Shown piece after piece: positions 9,145 to 17,438 of a DNA stretch of 64,000 nt (position 1 is its first letter; the number at the start of each line of letters is the position of its first letter). The notes below the pieces were generated by a model, which was not told where the DNA came from, searched no databases, and saw only the letters and a list, made by a program, of their open reading frames with translations. Position numbers and translations under genes: made by a program. Source of the stretch: Clostridia bacterium (GTDB lineage Bacteria; Bacillota; Clostridia; Oscillospirales; UBA644); NCBI GenBank assembly GCA_017621705.1, contig JAGASR010000036.1, forward strand, positions 6,837 through 70,836, written 5' to 3'.

Positions 9145-10548
9145 TTAAGATTCGGGAGTTTCGAACTGCTTCATGAATTCGTAGTTGGGAACGACATATT
9201 CTTCGATTGCAAGATTTACTCTTTCTGCATTTTTCGAAAGAATTTCAGCAGAAGAGCGTCCTCTCGAGGTCTCACCCTTTGCGGAAGAGAAGAAATCGTA
9301 AATCGGAGCGCTGGGCCAATAGTTCCAACGGCTGTTTTCGAAATAGTTCATAACGAAATCAAGGTCTCTGTCATCAAAGAAATATTCGGAGAGGTAATCT
9401 TTAAGATCGCCTTTTGTTTCATAACCTTCAAAAGGATCGCAGAGACGGTCAATGATCATAGCCGCAGCTTCGGGCTGTTTTGCATTGACAAGGATACCGA
9501 AGCAGACATATTCTGCATAAGCGTTTGCCCATTCACCGTAAGTTCCGTTCGGACCGCAGGGCATGGGGACAACGCCGTAGTTATCCATATCGTAACTCAT
9601 AAATCTGATAATATGGTCAACAGCAGTCTGGGTTATAACGATCTCATCGTTAAGGAATTTGGGAAGCATACCCCAATGATCGTCAAACGAAATGCAGTCG
9701 GAGTGAGTTGTGAAGAGATCGGAACACCAGTCGAGAGTATCTGCAACGGCTTTGGAATCGATCGCGGGAAGAACAGTACCGTCTTCTTCGACTTTGATAT
9801 AGTCCATTCCGTTCATCATCGCAAAGTCGATAAGAGACCAGGAAATATTGAGTGCTTTTGCTTTGACGGAACCGTCGTCGATCTCATACTGGGGAATGAT
9901 CTCGCCGAAATTATCCCAGGTCCACTCGCCGTTTTCGACGTAATCTCTGGGGTCTGTCTTACCGTAGCGCATAACAAGATTTTCATTTACGGCAAAAACG
10001 CCGTATGAAGTTACCATCTGTTTACCCGGCCAGAGAACAGGGCTTACAGCATAGAGCTCACCGTTGAAAACGCCCTGCTCGATAATACCGGAAGAACCGT
10101 ATTTTTCGGAATTTGTATAGTCTATCTGATCTGTCATAACACTGAGGGGATAAAGCATACCGACAGAGGCAAAATTCATGGGGTTCGAAACGTAAATAAA
10201 TTCATGAGCATAGCTTCCGCTCGCAAGGATCGGAAGAAGAGAATTAAGTCTGTCAGAACCGTCGTTTTCAACTTTTATGGTGCAGTTCCAACCTTCCTCT
10301 ATCTCATCAAATCTTTCAAGGATCATATCTGCCATAAGAGTGCTGTCGGGATACGAAAAAAGACCGCCGTCGCCTTCAACAAGGTCTGCCTGCATGATTG
10401 AGCATTCGTAGCCGTCAAGATCGATCGTCGAAGAATCTCCGTTCATGCCGTTTAAATCAAGCAGGAATTCTTCTTCGGTCGTCTGAGCGCAGGAACAGAT
10501 GCCGAAAGCCATAACCGCAAGGAGAAGAAAAGCAATTATTTTTCTCAT
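9145..10548 (-). CDS. lipoprotein, solute-binding-protein-like, paralog 5 of 7
   Basis: MRKIIAFLLLAVMAFGICSCAQ. RBS GGAGG lies 6 nt upstream. Family motifs FAVNENL, DPRDYVENGEWTWDNF, MMNGMDY, PMPCGPNGTYG, NAKQPEAAA, DPFEGYET, RWNYW. Confidence 0.85.
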   Translation of the reverse strand: MRKIIAFLLLAVMAFGICSCAQTTEEEFLLDLNGMNGDSSTIDLDGYECSIMQADLVEGDGGLFSYPDSTLMADMILERFDEIEEGWNCTIKVENDGSDRLNSLLPILASGSYAHEFIYVSNPMNFASVGMLYPLSVMTDQIDYTNSEKYGSSGIIEQGVFNGELYAVSPVLWPGKQMVTSYGVFAVNENLVMRYGKTDPRDYVENGEWTWDNFGEIIPQYEIDDGSVKAKALNISWSLIDFAMMNGMDYIKVEEDGTVLPAIDSKAVADTLDWCSDLFTTHSDCISFDDHWGMLPKFLNDEIVITQTAVDHIIRFMSYDMDNYGVVPMPCGPNGTYGEWANAYAEYVCFGILVNAKQPEAAAMIIDRLCDPFEGYETKGDLKDYLSEYFFDDRDLDFVMNYFENSRWNYWPSAPIYDFFSSAKGETSRGRSSAEILSKNAERVNLAIEEYVVPNYEFMKQFETPES

Positions 10549-10578
10549 TATTTGCCTCCGAATAATTTATTTTTATTT

Positions 10579-10607
10579 ATTATATCATTTAACGGTAAAA
10601 TTGTCAA
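10579..10607 (-). promoter_or_regulatory. sigmaA-type promoter of paralog 5
   Basis: Minus strand: TTGACA (10602-10607), 17 nt, TATAAT (10579-10584). Confidence 0.7.
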
Positions 10608-10608
10608 G

Positions 10609-10642
10609 AAAAAAGAAGCGCTACGTGAACGCTTCTTTTTTA
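10609..10642 (-). terminator. intrinsic terminator of the BMP-family ABC operon
   Basis: AGAAGCG-ttcacgtag-CGCTTCT hairpin flanked by A/T runs, immediately after the stop of the last permease. Confidence 0.7.
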
Positions 10643-10651
10643 CTTTATAAT

Positions 10652-11611
10652 TTATCTTTCTTCTCTGAAATACGGAAGACCGAGACCTGCGGGGGGCTGA
10701 TTTTCACGTTTTTTGCTGACGCTCGTTACGATAAGAACGATGATGGTTACAACGTACGGAAGCATCTGAAGAAGCGGAGTTGCGCTTATATCAAGCTGGA
10801 TCTTGAGAAGAGTGGGAATACGGGAACCTGCAAGATAGAGCATACCGAAAAGAATGGAACCGACGATACTGATATGGGGTTTCCAGAGCGTAAAGATAAC
10901 GAGGGCAACGGCAAGCCAGCCGAGAGCTTCGATACTCTTATAAGCTTCGTAGGAACCTGCATAGTCCATGATATAGAAAAGACCGCCGAGAGCCGCGATA
11001 CCGCTGCCGATACAGGTTGCAACGTATTTATACATAGTTACGTTGATACCTACGGCGTCCGCAGTAGCAGGGTTTTCACCGACTGCACGAAGATGAAGAC
11101 CGACACGGGTACGGGTAAGAACGAACGATGCAACGAGCGCGATAATAAGAGCAAGGTAAACCATTACACCGTTGTATTTAAGAGAATTGGTGCTTTCAGC
11201 AAAGGGAAAACGGAAATAATCGAGAGCGTAAAGGTAGATTGTACCGCCGTTGCCAGCCATACCGTTCATGATGAACTTTGTGGTACCGACGCCGAAAGTT
11301 GTCATCGCAAGACCTGTAACATTCTGATTTGCTTTAAGGGTAACGGTAAGGAAGCTGTAAACAGCACCCATGAGAATACCGCCGATGAATGCGCAGAGGA
11401 TAGAGATTATTACTATAAGCGCAGGAGGGATATTTGTGCCGTTCATAAGTTTGAGAGCAAAACAGCCGCACGCGCCGCCGATACACATGATACCGGGGAT
11501 ACCGAGGTTAAGATGACCTGCTTTTTCGGTGAGGATTTCGCCCGTACAACCGTAAAGGAAAGTCATGCCGAGAGGAATGGAAGTAAGAATATAATCAAGG
11601 AACGGATTCAT
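10652..11611 (-). CDS. ABC transporter permease, BMP/nucleoside family (NupQ/YufQ-like)
   Basis: 319-aa polytopic membrane protein. ATGA-type junction with the upstream permease. Fourth gene in the order lipoprotein-ATPase-permease-permease, as in B. subtilis nupNOPQ. Confidence 0.85.
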   Translation of the reverse strand: MNPFLDYILTSIPLGMTFLYGCTGEILTEKAGHLNLGIPGIMCIGGACGCFALKLMNGTNIPPALIVIISILCAFIGGILMGAVYSFLTVTLKANQNVTGLAMTTFGVGTTKFIMNGMAGNGGTIYLYALDYFRFPFAESTNSLKYNGVMVYLALIIALVASFVLTRTRVGLHLRAVGENPATADAVGINVTMYKYVATCIGSGIAALGGLFYIMDYAGSYEAYKSIEALGWLAVALVIFTLWKPHISIVGSILFGMLYLAGSRIPTLLKIQLDISATPLLQMLPYVVTIIVLIVTSVSKKRENQPPAGLGLPYFREER

Positions 11612-12705
11612 TATTCTTTTTCTCCTTTCTTTTTCGATTCACGAAATTTAAGGCTGTAACTGATAAAGAATTCGCAGCCGATGATGAAGAAAAGAACGAT
11701 ACCGACAACGATATCGGGGAAAGCCGAGTCAATATTGAATCTGGTGGTGATCTGCGCGGAACCCTGCTGCATGAAGGTTATGAATGCGGAAGTTCCGATC
11801 ATGACGAGGGGATTGAATTTTGCAAGCCAGGAAACCATGATTGCGGTAAAGCCCATGCCGCCGACTGTCGTAGTCGTTACGGAATGGTCAAGAGCGCCTA
11901 CGATAAGGAAGCCCGCAAGACCGCAGATAGCGCCGGAAACGATCATAGTTCTGATGATAACTTTGCCGACACCGATACCGATGTAACGAGCGGTGTTTTC
12001 ACTTTCGCCGACAACGGATATCTCATAGCCCTGCTTTGTATAATGGAGATAAATATAAACTATTGCCGTAAGGACAAGAACCGCAACGATAAGAAGCAGA
12101 TATTCATGACCGATAACGGGAAGGTGACCTACGGAGAGAGCACCGAGAACGCTCGAGCCGCTGGGGGTCCAGAGGAGAAGGAAGTATGCGACGAGACCGG
12201 AAGCGACATAATTCATCATAAGGGTGAAAAGAGTTTCGTTGGTGTTCCATTTTGCCTTGAAGATAGCGGGAACACAGCCCCAGATCGCGCCTGCGAGAAT
12301 GGAAGCAACGAACATGAGGATAAGAAGAGGACCGTTGGGAACGTGATCTCCGAGATAGTACGCAACGCCTACAGAAGCAAGCGCACCGATAAGAGTCTGA
12401 CCCTCGGCGCCGATATTCCAGAAGCGCATACGGAATGCGGGAGTTACGGCAAGTGCGATACAAAGAAGGATGGAAGCGTCTTTTGCGAATTTCCAGAGAC
12501 GACGAGAGGAACCGAGTACACCGTCGATCATAGTTTCGATAAACTCAAAGGGATTTGCGTTTATCATGAATACGGAAAGAACGGAGCAAAGAAGAAGGGC
12601 TGCGACAACTGCAACGATACGGATGGTCATCGATTTCCAGAACGGCATCGTATCGCGTTTGACGACGTGGAAGGGAAGTTCATGAGTTTTTTCACGCATT
12701 TTCAT
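11611..12705 (-). CDS. ABC transporter permease, BMP/nucleoside family (NupP/YufP-like)
   Basis: 364-aa polytopic membrane protein. 14-nt overlap with the ATPase gene. Confidence 0.85.
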   Translation of the reverse strand: MKMREKTHELPFHVVKRDTMPFWKSMTIRIVAVVAALLLCSVLSVFMINANPFEFIETMIDGVLGSSRRLWKFAKDASILLCIALAVTPAFRMRFWNIGAEGQTLIGALASVGVAYYLGDHVPNGPLLILMFVASILAGAIWGCVPAIFKAKWNTNETLFTLMMNYVASGLVAYFLLLWTPSGSSVLGALSVGHLPVIGHEYLLLIVAVLVLTAIVYIYLHYTKQGYEISVVGESENTARYIGIGVGKVIIRTMIVSGAICGLAGFLIVGALDHSVTTTTVGGMGFTAIMVSWLAKFNPLVMIGTSAFITFMQQGSAQITTRFNIDSAFPDIVVGIVLFFIIGCEFFISYSLKFRESKKKGEKE

Positions 12706-14260
12706 TGTCGGTTACCTCCTTTTTTTCGGTTTCGGCGGAAGTTTCGGTCTTTGTCATGAGAAGACCGATCTCTTCTTTGGTGGTATTTCTGCCATCGAGA
12801 ATACCCGTAATACGACCTGCGCAGACTACGAGAATACGGTCGCAGAGTTCAACGAGAACGTCAAGGTCCTCGCCGACGAAGATAACGGAAACACCTTTTT
12901 CTTTCTGTTCGGTAAGAAGATCGTAAATGGTATAGGACGAGTTGATATCAAGGCCTCGGACGGGATAAGCCGCCATAAGAACAGTCGGAGAAGCGGCGAT
13001 CTCACGGCCTACGAGGACTTTCTGAACGTTACCGCCGGAAAGACGGCGAACGGGAGTTTTTGTGCTGGGAGTTGCGACTTCGAGCTCTTCAACGATCTTT
13101 TTCGCAAGGTCGCCGGGTTTTTTACGGTCAACGAATATAGAATGACCTTTGCGGTAGCTTCGAAGCATCATATTATCGACAATATCCATATTGCCGACAA
13201 GGCCCATGCCGAGACGGTCTTCGGGAACGAACGACAGTCTGACACCGAGTTCTCTGATCGCTACGGGATCTTTATCTCGGAGGTCTTCGCTCTCCCCTGT
13301 TTTCGGGTTGTGGTAAATGATCTTACCGGTTACAGGGTGGCAAAGGCCTGCGATAGATTCAAGAAGCTCTCTCTGACCGCTGCCTGCGATACCCGCAATA
13401 CCGAGAATCTCGCCTGCACGAGCGGTAAAAGAAATATTATCGAGAACCTTGATACCTTCGGCATCGACCATGTTAAGGCCCTGAACTTCGAGTCTGTCAC
13501 ATGTATTTTTAGGTTCGGGACGCTTGATATTAAGTTCAACTTTTTTGCCGACCATCATTTCGGTAAGCGCGGAAGCGGTCGTTGTTGCAGTGTCGACAGT
13601 AGCAATGTGTTCACCTTTACGGAGAACGGCTACACGGTCGGAAATAGAAAGAACTTCGTGGAGTTTATGGGTGATGATAAGGATAGATTTTCCGTCTTCA
13701 CGCATACGGCGAAGAACGTCGAAAAGCTTGTCAGTCTCCTGCGGAGTAAGAACTGCGGACGGCTCGTCAAGGATGAGGATATCAGCACCTCTGTAAAGAA
13801 CCTTGAGGATCTCGACGGTCTGCTTTTCGGAAACAGACATTTCGTATATCTTCTTTTTGGGGTCAACGTTAAAACCGTATTTATCTGCAAGTTCCTGAAC
13901 TTTACGGTTTACTTCCTTGATATTGTAACGCTGACCGTTTTTAACACCGAGAACGATATTTTCGGCAGCAGTAAAAAGATCTACCAGTTTGAAATGCTGA
14001 TGGATCATGCCTATTCCGTGACGGAAAGCATCTTTGGGTGAACGGATCACAACTTCCTGACCGTCGACAGAAATCGAGCCGCTGTCAGGATAATAAATGC
14101 CGGCAATCATATTCATAAGGGTCGTCTTACCGCATCCGTTTTCGCCGAGGATCGCAAGGATCTCGCCGCGGTAAACGGTCAGATCGACATTTTTATTTGC
14201 CGCCAGACTGCCAAAATATTTGGAAACGTTTTTCAGTTCCAAAGCAACAGGTTTACTCAT
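12692..14260 (-). CDS. ABC transporter ATP-binding protein with duplicated ATPase domains (NupO/RnsB-like)
   Basis: Walker A GENGCGKTT, signature VSEKQ and LSGGNVQK, Walker B ILILDEP. 522 aa, typical of CUT2/BMP-type double-domain ATPases. RBS GGAGGAAAG. Confidence 0.9.
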   Translation of the reverse strand: MSKPVALELKNVSKYFGSLAANKNVDLTVYRGEILAILGENGCGKTTLMNMIAGIYYPDSGSISVDGQEVVIRSPKDAFRHGIGMIHQHFKLVDLFTAAENIVLGVKNGQRYNIKEVNRKVQELADKYGFNVDPKKKIYEMSVSEKQTVEILKVLYRGADILILDEPSAVLTPQETDKLFDVLRRMREDGKSILIITHKLHEVLSISDRVAVLRKGEHIATVDTATTTASALTEMMVGKKVELNIKRPEPKNTCDRLEVQGLNMVDAEGIKVLDNISFTARAGEILGIAGIAGSGQRELLESIAGLCHPVTGKIIYHNPKTGESEDLRDKDPVAIRELGVRLSFVPEDRLGMGLVGNMDIVDNMMLRSYRKGHSIFVDRKKPGDLAKKIVEELEVATPSTKTPVRRLSGGNVQKVLVGREIAASPTVLMAAYPVRGLDINSSYTIYDLLTEQKEKGVSVIFVGEDLDVLVELCDRILVVCAGRITGILDGRNTTKEEIGLLMTKTETSAETEKKEVTDNENA

Positions 14261-14357
14261 TAACTTTCCTCCAAAAAGAAAAATGTCATTTACAAGCCTT
14301 CAGTAAGCCGTTCGACAAAAAAACTACAGTCAAAACGGTTTGCTCGAGGTTTGTTAA

Positions 14358-14389
14358 AACCGAAAACAAGCGGAGCTTTTTGGCTCCGC
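14358..14389 (-). terminator. intra-operon hairpin / partial terminator after the binding-protein gene
   Basis: GCGGAGC-caaaaa-GCTCCGC followed by TTGTTTTCGGTTTT on the minus strand. No convincing promoter between it and the ATPase gene. Confidence 0.55.
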
Positions 14390-14410
14390 CTGTCTTCTGC
14401 GGTATATCTA

Positions 14411-15616
14411 TCAACCGAAATTGGTGTTAAGAAGGGTAATACCGTCGATCTGAATGTCAAAATAAGGAGCAGCGCGGTATTCGGATTCGTGGAAGTAACC
14501 GTCAGCGATAACTTCGGTATCCTTGGTGTAAGCAGCGTCGGTATCAACGTCAGCCATGTAAGAGGTGAGATTTTCGCCGAGAACGGTGAAGGTGGAAACA
14601 TCAAATACTTTAACTTCACCGGAGATGAGTTTTTCTCTGATCTCGTCGATCTTAGCCTGAGTACCTTCAGCAGCAGCGGTGGTGTTGACATCGGTAAGAG
14701 CTACAGAGCCGGTGGAAAGGGTACCGGTCCAGTCAACAGCGATTTCGGTGCCGTTCTGAACGCTTTCGCAGATGTATACGAAATAAGGAGTCCAGTCGAT
14801 CTTGGAAGAAACGATGAAGGTGTTGGGGCAGGAAGCGAGGGTACTACCGTTATAGGATACGTTGGGAACGTTCTTTTCTTCGCAAACGGAAGGAGCGCCC
14901 ATAGAGTCAGCATGCTGGCTGATAAGAACGCAACCGTTGTTGATAAGAGCGGTAGCAGCGTCTTTTTCTTTGATTTCGTCGTACCAGCTGCCGGTGAACT
15001 GAACTTCCATAGTAACTTCGGGGCAAACATATTTAGCGCCGAGGTAGAAAGAGGTGTAACCGGAGATAACTTCAGCGAAGGTGAAAGCGCCTACGTAACC
15101 CATTTTAGCCTGGTCAGCAGTGATGGTGCCGTCAGCGATCATTTCGTTGAGTTTCATACCAGCTGCAACGCCTGCGAGGAATCTGCCTTCGTAGATGGAA
15201 GCAAAAGCGTTGTGGAAGTTGGAGAGTTTTTCAGTGTGAGCCATAGTACCGGTAGCATGGCAGAACTGAACATCGGTAAATTCTTTAGCAGCTTTGAGAA
15301 GATAAGTTTCGTGACCGAAGCTGTCTGCGAAGATAATATCGCAACCTTCGTCTACGAGGTCTGCTGCTGCTTCGTAGCATTCGTTGGACTCGGGGATATT
15401 TTTCTTGAAGATAACCTGTTCTTCAGAAAGGCCGAGTTCAGCAGCTGCGCGGTTAACTGCTTCGATGAAGTTAAGGTCATAGGTGGAAGCCTCGTCGTGA
15501 AGAAGAATTACACCAAGCTTAAAATCATCTTCGGACTGGTCGCAGGAAGCCATGGAAACGCAAAGAGCGAGAACCATAACAACTGCAACGCACATGGATA
15601 AGATTTTCTTGAACAT
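14411..15616 (-). CDS. BMP-family (PnrA/TmpC/NupN-like) nucleoside-binding lipoprotein
   Basis: MFKKILSMCVAVVMVLALCVSMASCDQ lipoprotein signal. A 401-aa BMP-like sequence heads the ABC operon. Confidence 0.85.
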   Translation of the reverse strand: MFKKILSMCVAVVMVLALCVSMASCDQSEDDFKLGVILLHDEASTYDLNFIEAVNRAAAELGLSEEQVIFKKNIPESNECYEAAADLVDEGCDIIFADSFGHETYLLKAAKEFTDVQFCHATGTMAHTEKLSNFHNAFASIYEGRFLAGVAAGMKLNEMIADGTITADQAKMGYVGAFTFAEVISGYTSFYLGAKYVCPEVTMEVQFTGSWYDEIKEKDAATALINNGCVLISQHADSMGAPSVCEEKNVPNVSYNGSTLASCPNTFIVSSKIDWTPYFVYICESVQNGTEIAVDWTGTLSTGSVALTDVNTTAAAEGTQAKIDEIREKLISGEVKVFDVSTFTVLGENLTSYMADVDTDAAYTKDTEVIADGYFHESEYRAAPYFDIQIDGITLLNTNFG

Positions 15617-15726
15617 TGCATGTTCCTCCTAAATTTTTTTGACTTTCCCACTGATTTATGCGGTAGGTCTTTGTCTGTAATATCCATAAAAGCAAGCGCT
15701 TTTACAAATCTTAAAAATACGTTTTT

Positions 15727-15755
15727 ATTGTATAATAAAACTCGAATTTTGTCAA
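15727..15755 (-). promoter_or_regulatory. sigmaA-type promoter of the BMP ABC operon
   Basis: Minus strand: TTGACA (15750-15755), 17 nt, TACAAT (15727-15732). It leaves a ~110-nt leader. Confidence 0.6.
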
Positions 15756-15805
15756 CGAAAAAGCAGTATTTTTAACCTTTTTTTCGAAATTTTCCGTGTT
15801 AAAGC

Positions 15806-15850
15806 GAAAAAGCCCTCACAGGCTCCCGTTTAAAGAGCATTGTGAGGGGC
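15806..15850 (-). terminator. intrinsic terminator of paralog 6
   Basis: GCCCCTCACA...TGTGAGGGC hairpin (20-nt loop) followed by TTTTT on the minus strand. Confidence 0.55.
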
Positions 15851-15860
15851 AATTTTATAT

Positions 15861-17261
15861 TTATTTGGTTCCGGTATACTCTTCGTATTCTTTGATAAAT
15901 TGGTAGTTGGGAACGACATATTCTTCAACGAGAGCATTTGCGGCATCAGCATATCTGTCAAAAATTTCTATAGATGAAGCACCTTTAATAGCCTCATTTT
16001 TGGCCGTATCGAAAAACGAATAAATACCAAGAGTCCAATAATTCCAACGGATATTTTTGAGATAAGAGGTAAAAAAGTCGACATCACGCTTATCAAAGAA
16101 AATATCGGAGGCATAATTTTTAATATCTTCGAGAGTTTCGTATCCCTCGAACGGATCGCACATACGATCTACCACCATTGCGGCGGCTTCGGGCTCTTTG
16201 GCATTGACAAAGACAGCGAAAGAGTCAAAATCCGAGAATACGGAGGGCCAGGTTCCGTATTCTCCGCGCGGGCCGCAGGGCATGGGAACAACGCCGAAAT
16301 TATCCATATCATAAGAAATATCGGCAATAACATTAGAAAAGGAAGTCTGCGTCATAACAAGTTCGCCTGCAAGAAAAACAGGAAGCATCTCATAATGACC
16401 GAGCGTTGTAATACAATCCGAATTGTTTTTGTAAAGACGACCGAACCAATCGATCGATTCACCGATAGCTGGAGAATCAAGAGATGGAAAGGCTGTTCCA
16501 TCTTCATTTACGGAAATAAAACTTGCCCCGTTAGTCATACAGAGCTCTACGATAGACCATGTAAAGTTTACGGCAGTAGCTTTAAATTCACCGTCTTCTA
16601 TCTGATAGTCGGAAATTACGTTTTCGAAAGTATCGTATGTCCATTCACCGTTTTCAACGTAATCACGGGGATCGACTTTTCCGTAACGGGAAATAAGATC
16701 TTCATTGACGGCAAAAATATTATACGAATAACTCATCTGTTTACCTGGCCATGAAACAGGGGCTACGGTATACGGAACACCGTTCATCATACCGATTTCA
16801 AGAAGGCCGAGGCTGCCGAATTTATCAGCATTCATATAATCGATATAATCCCTTAAAGCGTCAAGAGGATAGAAACAACCGGCACGGACAACTCTTGAAG
16901 GCTGATGAGTATAGCCGATTTCTGCGACATGTGTCCCACCTAATATTTTTGCAATAGTACCGTCAAGATAACTGCCGGTCGCATCCGAGCTAAGAGTAAT
17001 ATTGCAATTCATTTCTTTGCCAATATTTGCCATTCGCTGAAGGACCATATCCGACATAAGAGTATCGAGAGGATAAAAGAACGGAGTATCCATACCGAAG
17101 CCCTGAACTATTTCACATTCGTATCCGTCGAGGTCAATTTTTGAAGAATCGGAATTTATTCCGTTAAGATCAAGCAAAAATTCTTCATTCTGAGAACCGG
17201 CACATGAGCAGATGCCGAAAATAAAAACAAAAAGAAGAACACATGAAATAATCTTTTTCAT
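15861..17261 (-). CDS. lipoprotein, solute-binding-protein-like, paralog 6 of 7
   Basis: MKKIISCVLLFVFIFGICSCAG. Family motifs YNIFAVNE, DPRDYVENGEWTYDTFE, PMPCGPRGEYG, NAKEPEAAA, DPFEGYET, RWNYW. No obvious Shine-Dalgarno sequence before the only in-frame ATG. Confidence 0.8.
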   Translation of the reverse strand: MKKIISCVLLFVFIFGICSCAGSQNEEFLLDLNGINSDSSKIDLDGYECEIVQGFGMDTPFFYPLDTLMSDMVLQRMANIGKEMNCNITLSSDATGSYLDGTIAKILGGTHVAEIGYTHQPSRVVRAGCFYPLDALRDYIDYMNADKFGSLGLLEIGMMNGVPYTVAPVSWPGKQMSYSYNIFAVNEDLISRYGKVDPRDYVENGEWTYDTFENVISDYQIEDGEFKATAVNFTWSIVELCMTNGASFISVNEDGTAFPSLDSPAIGESIDWFGRLYKNNSDCITTLGHYEMLPVFLAGELVMTQTSFSNVIADISYDMDNFGVVPMPCGPRGEYGTWPSVFSDFDSFAVFVNAKEPEAAAMVVDRMCDPFEGYETLEDIKNYASDIFFDKRDVDFFTSYLKNIRWNYWTLGIYSFFDTAKNEAIKGASSIEIFDRYADAANALVEEYVVPNYQFIKEYEEYTGTK

Positions 17262-17438
17262 AATAATAAACCATAGCTTTCATTTGGGAATTAGGGCTGA
17301 TTTAAAACCTGCGTGAAAAAGTGTTTTTCACGCTACCCCCAAAGGTTTCATTTTACATATTATAGCATAAATCGAAATACAATGCAATATATAAAAATCT
17401 TATCCCGAGATCAAAAAACCTCTGGATACACACTTATA

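Noticed and set aside
14351-15601. 416-aa plus-strand ORF antisense to the BMP lipoprotein gene.
   Set aside because: Same shadow-ORF logic. The minus strand encodes a lipobox protein that heads a coherent ABC operon.
15617-15726. The ~110-nt leader of the nucleoside ABC operon as a possible purine/2'-dG riboswitch (contains GGATAT, CTACC and ATAAAT strings).
   Set aside because: I could not build the P2/P3 helices or the conserved J-region pattern of the purine riboswitch. The similarity is limited to short A/T-rich strings. It needs a covariance-model scan before any call.
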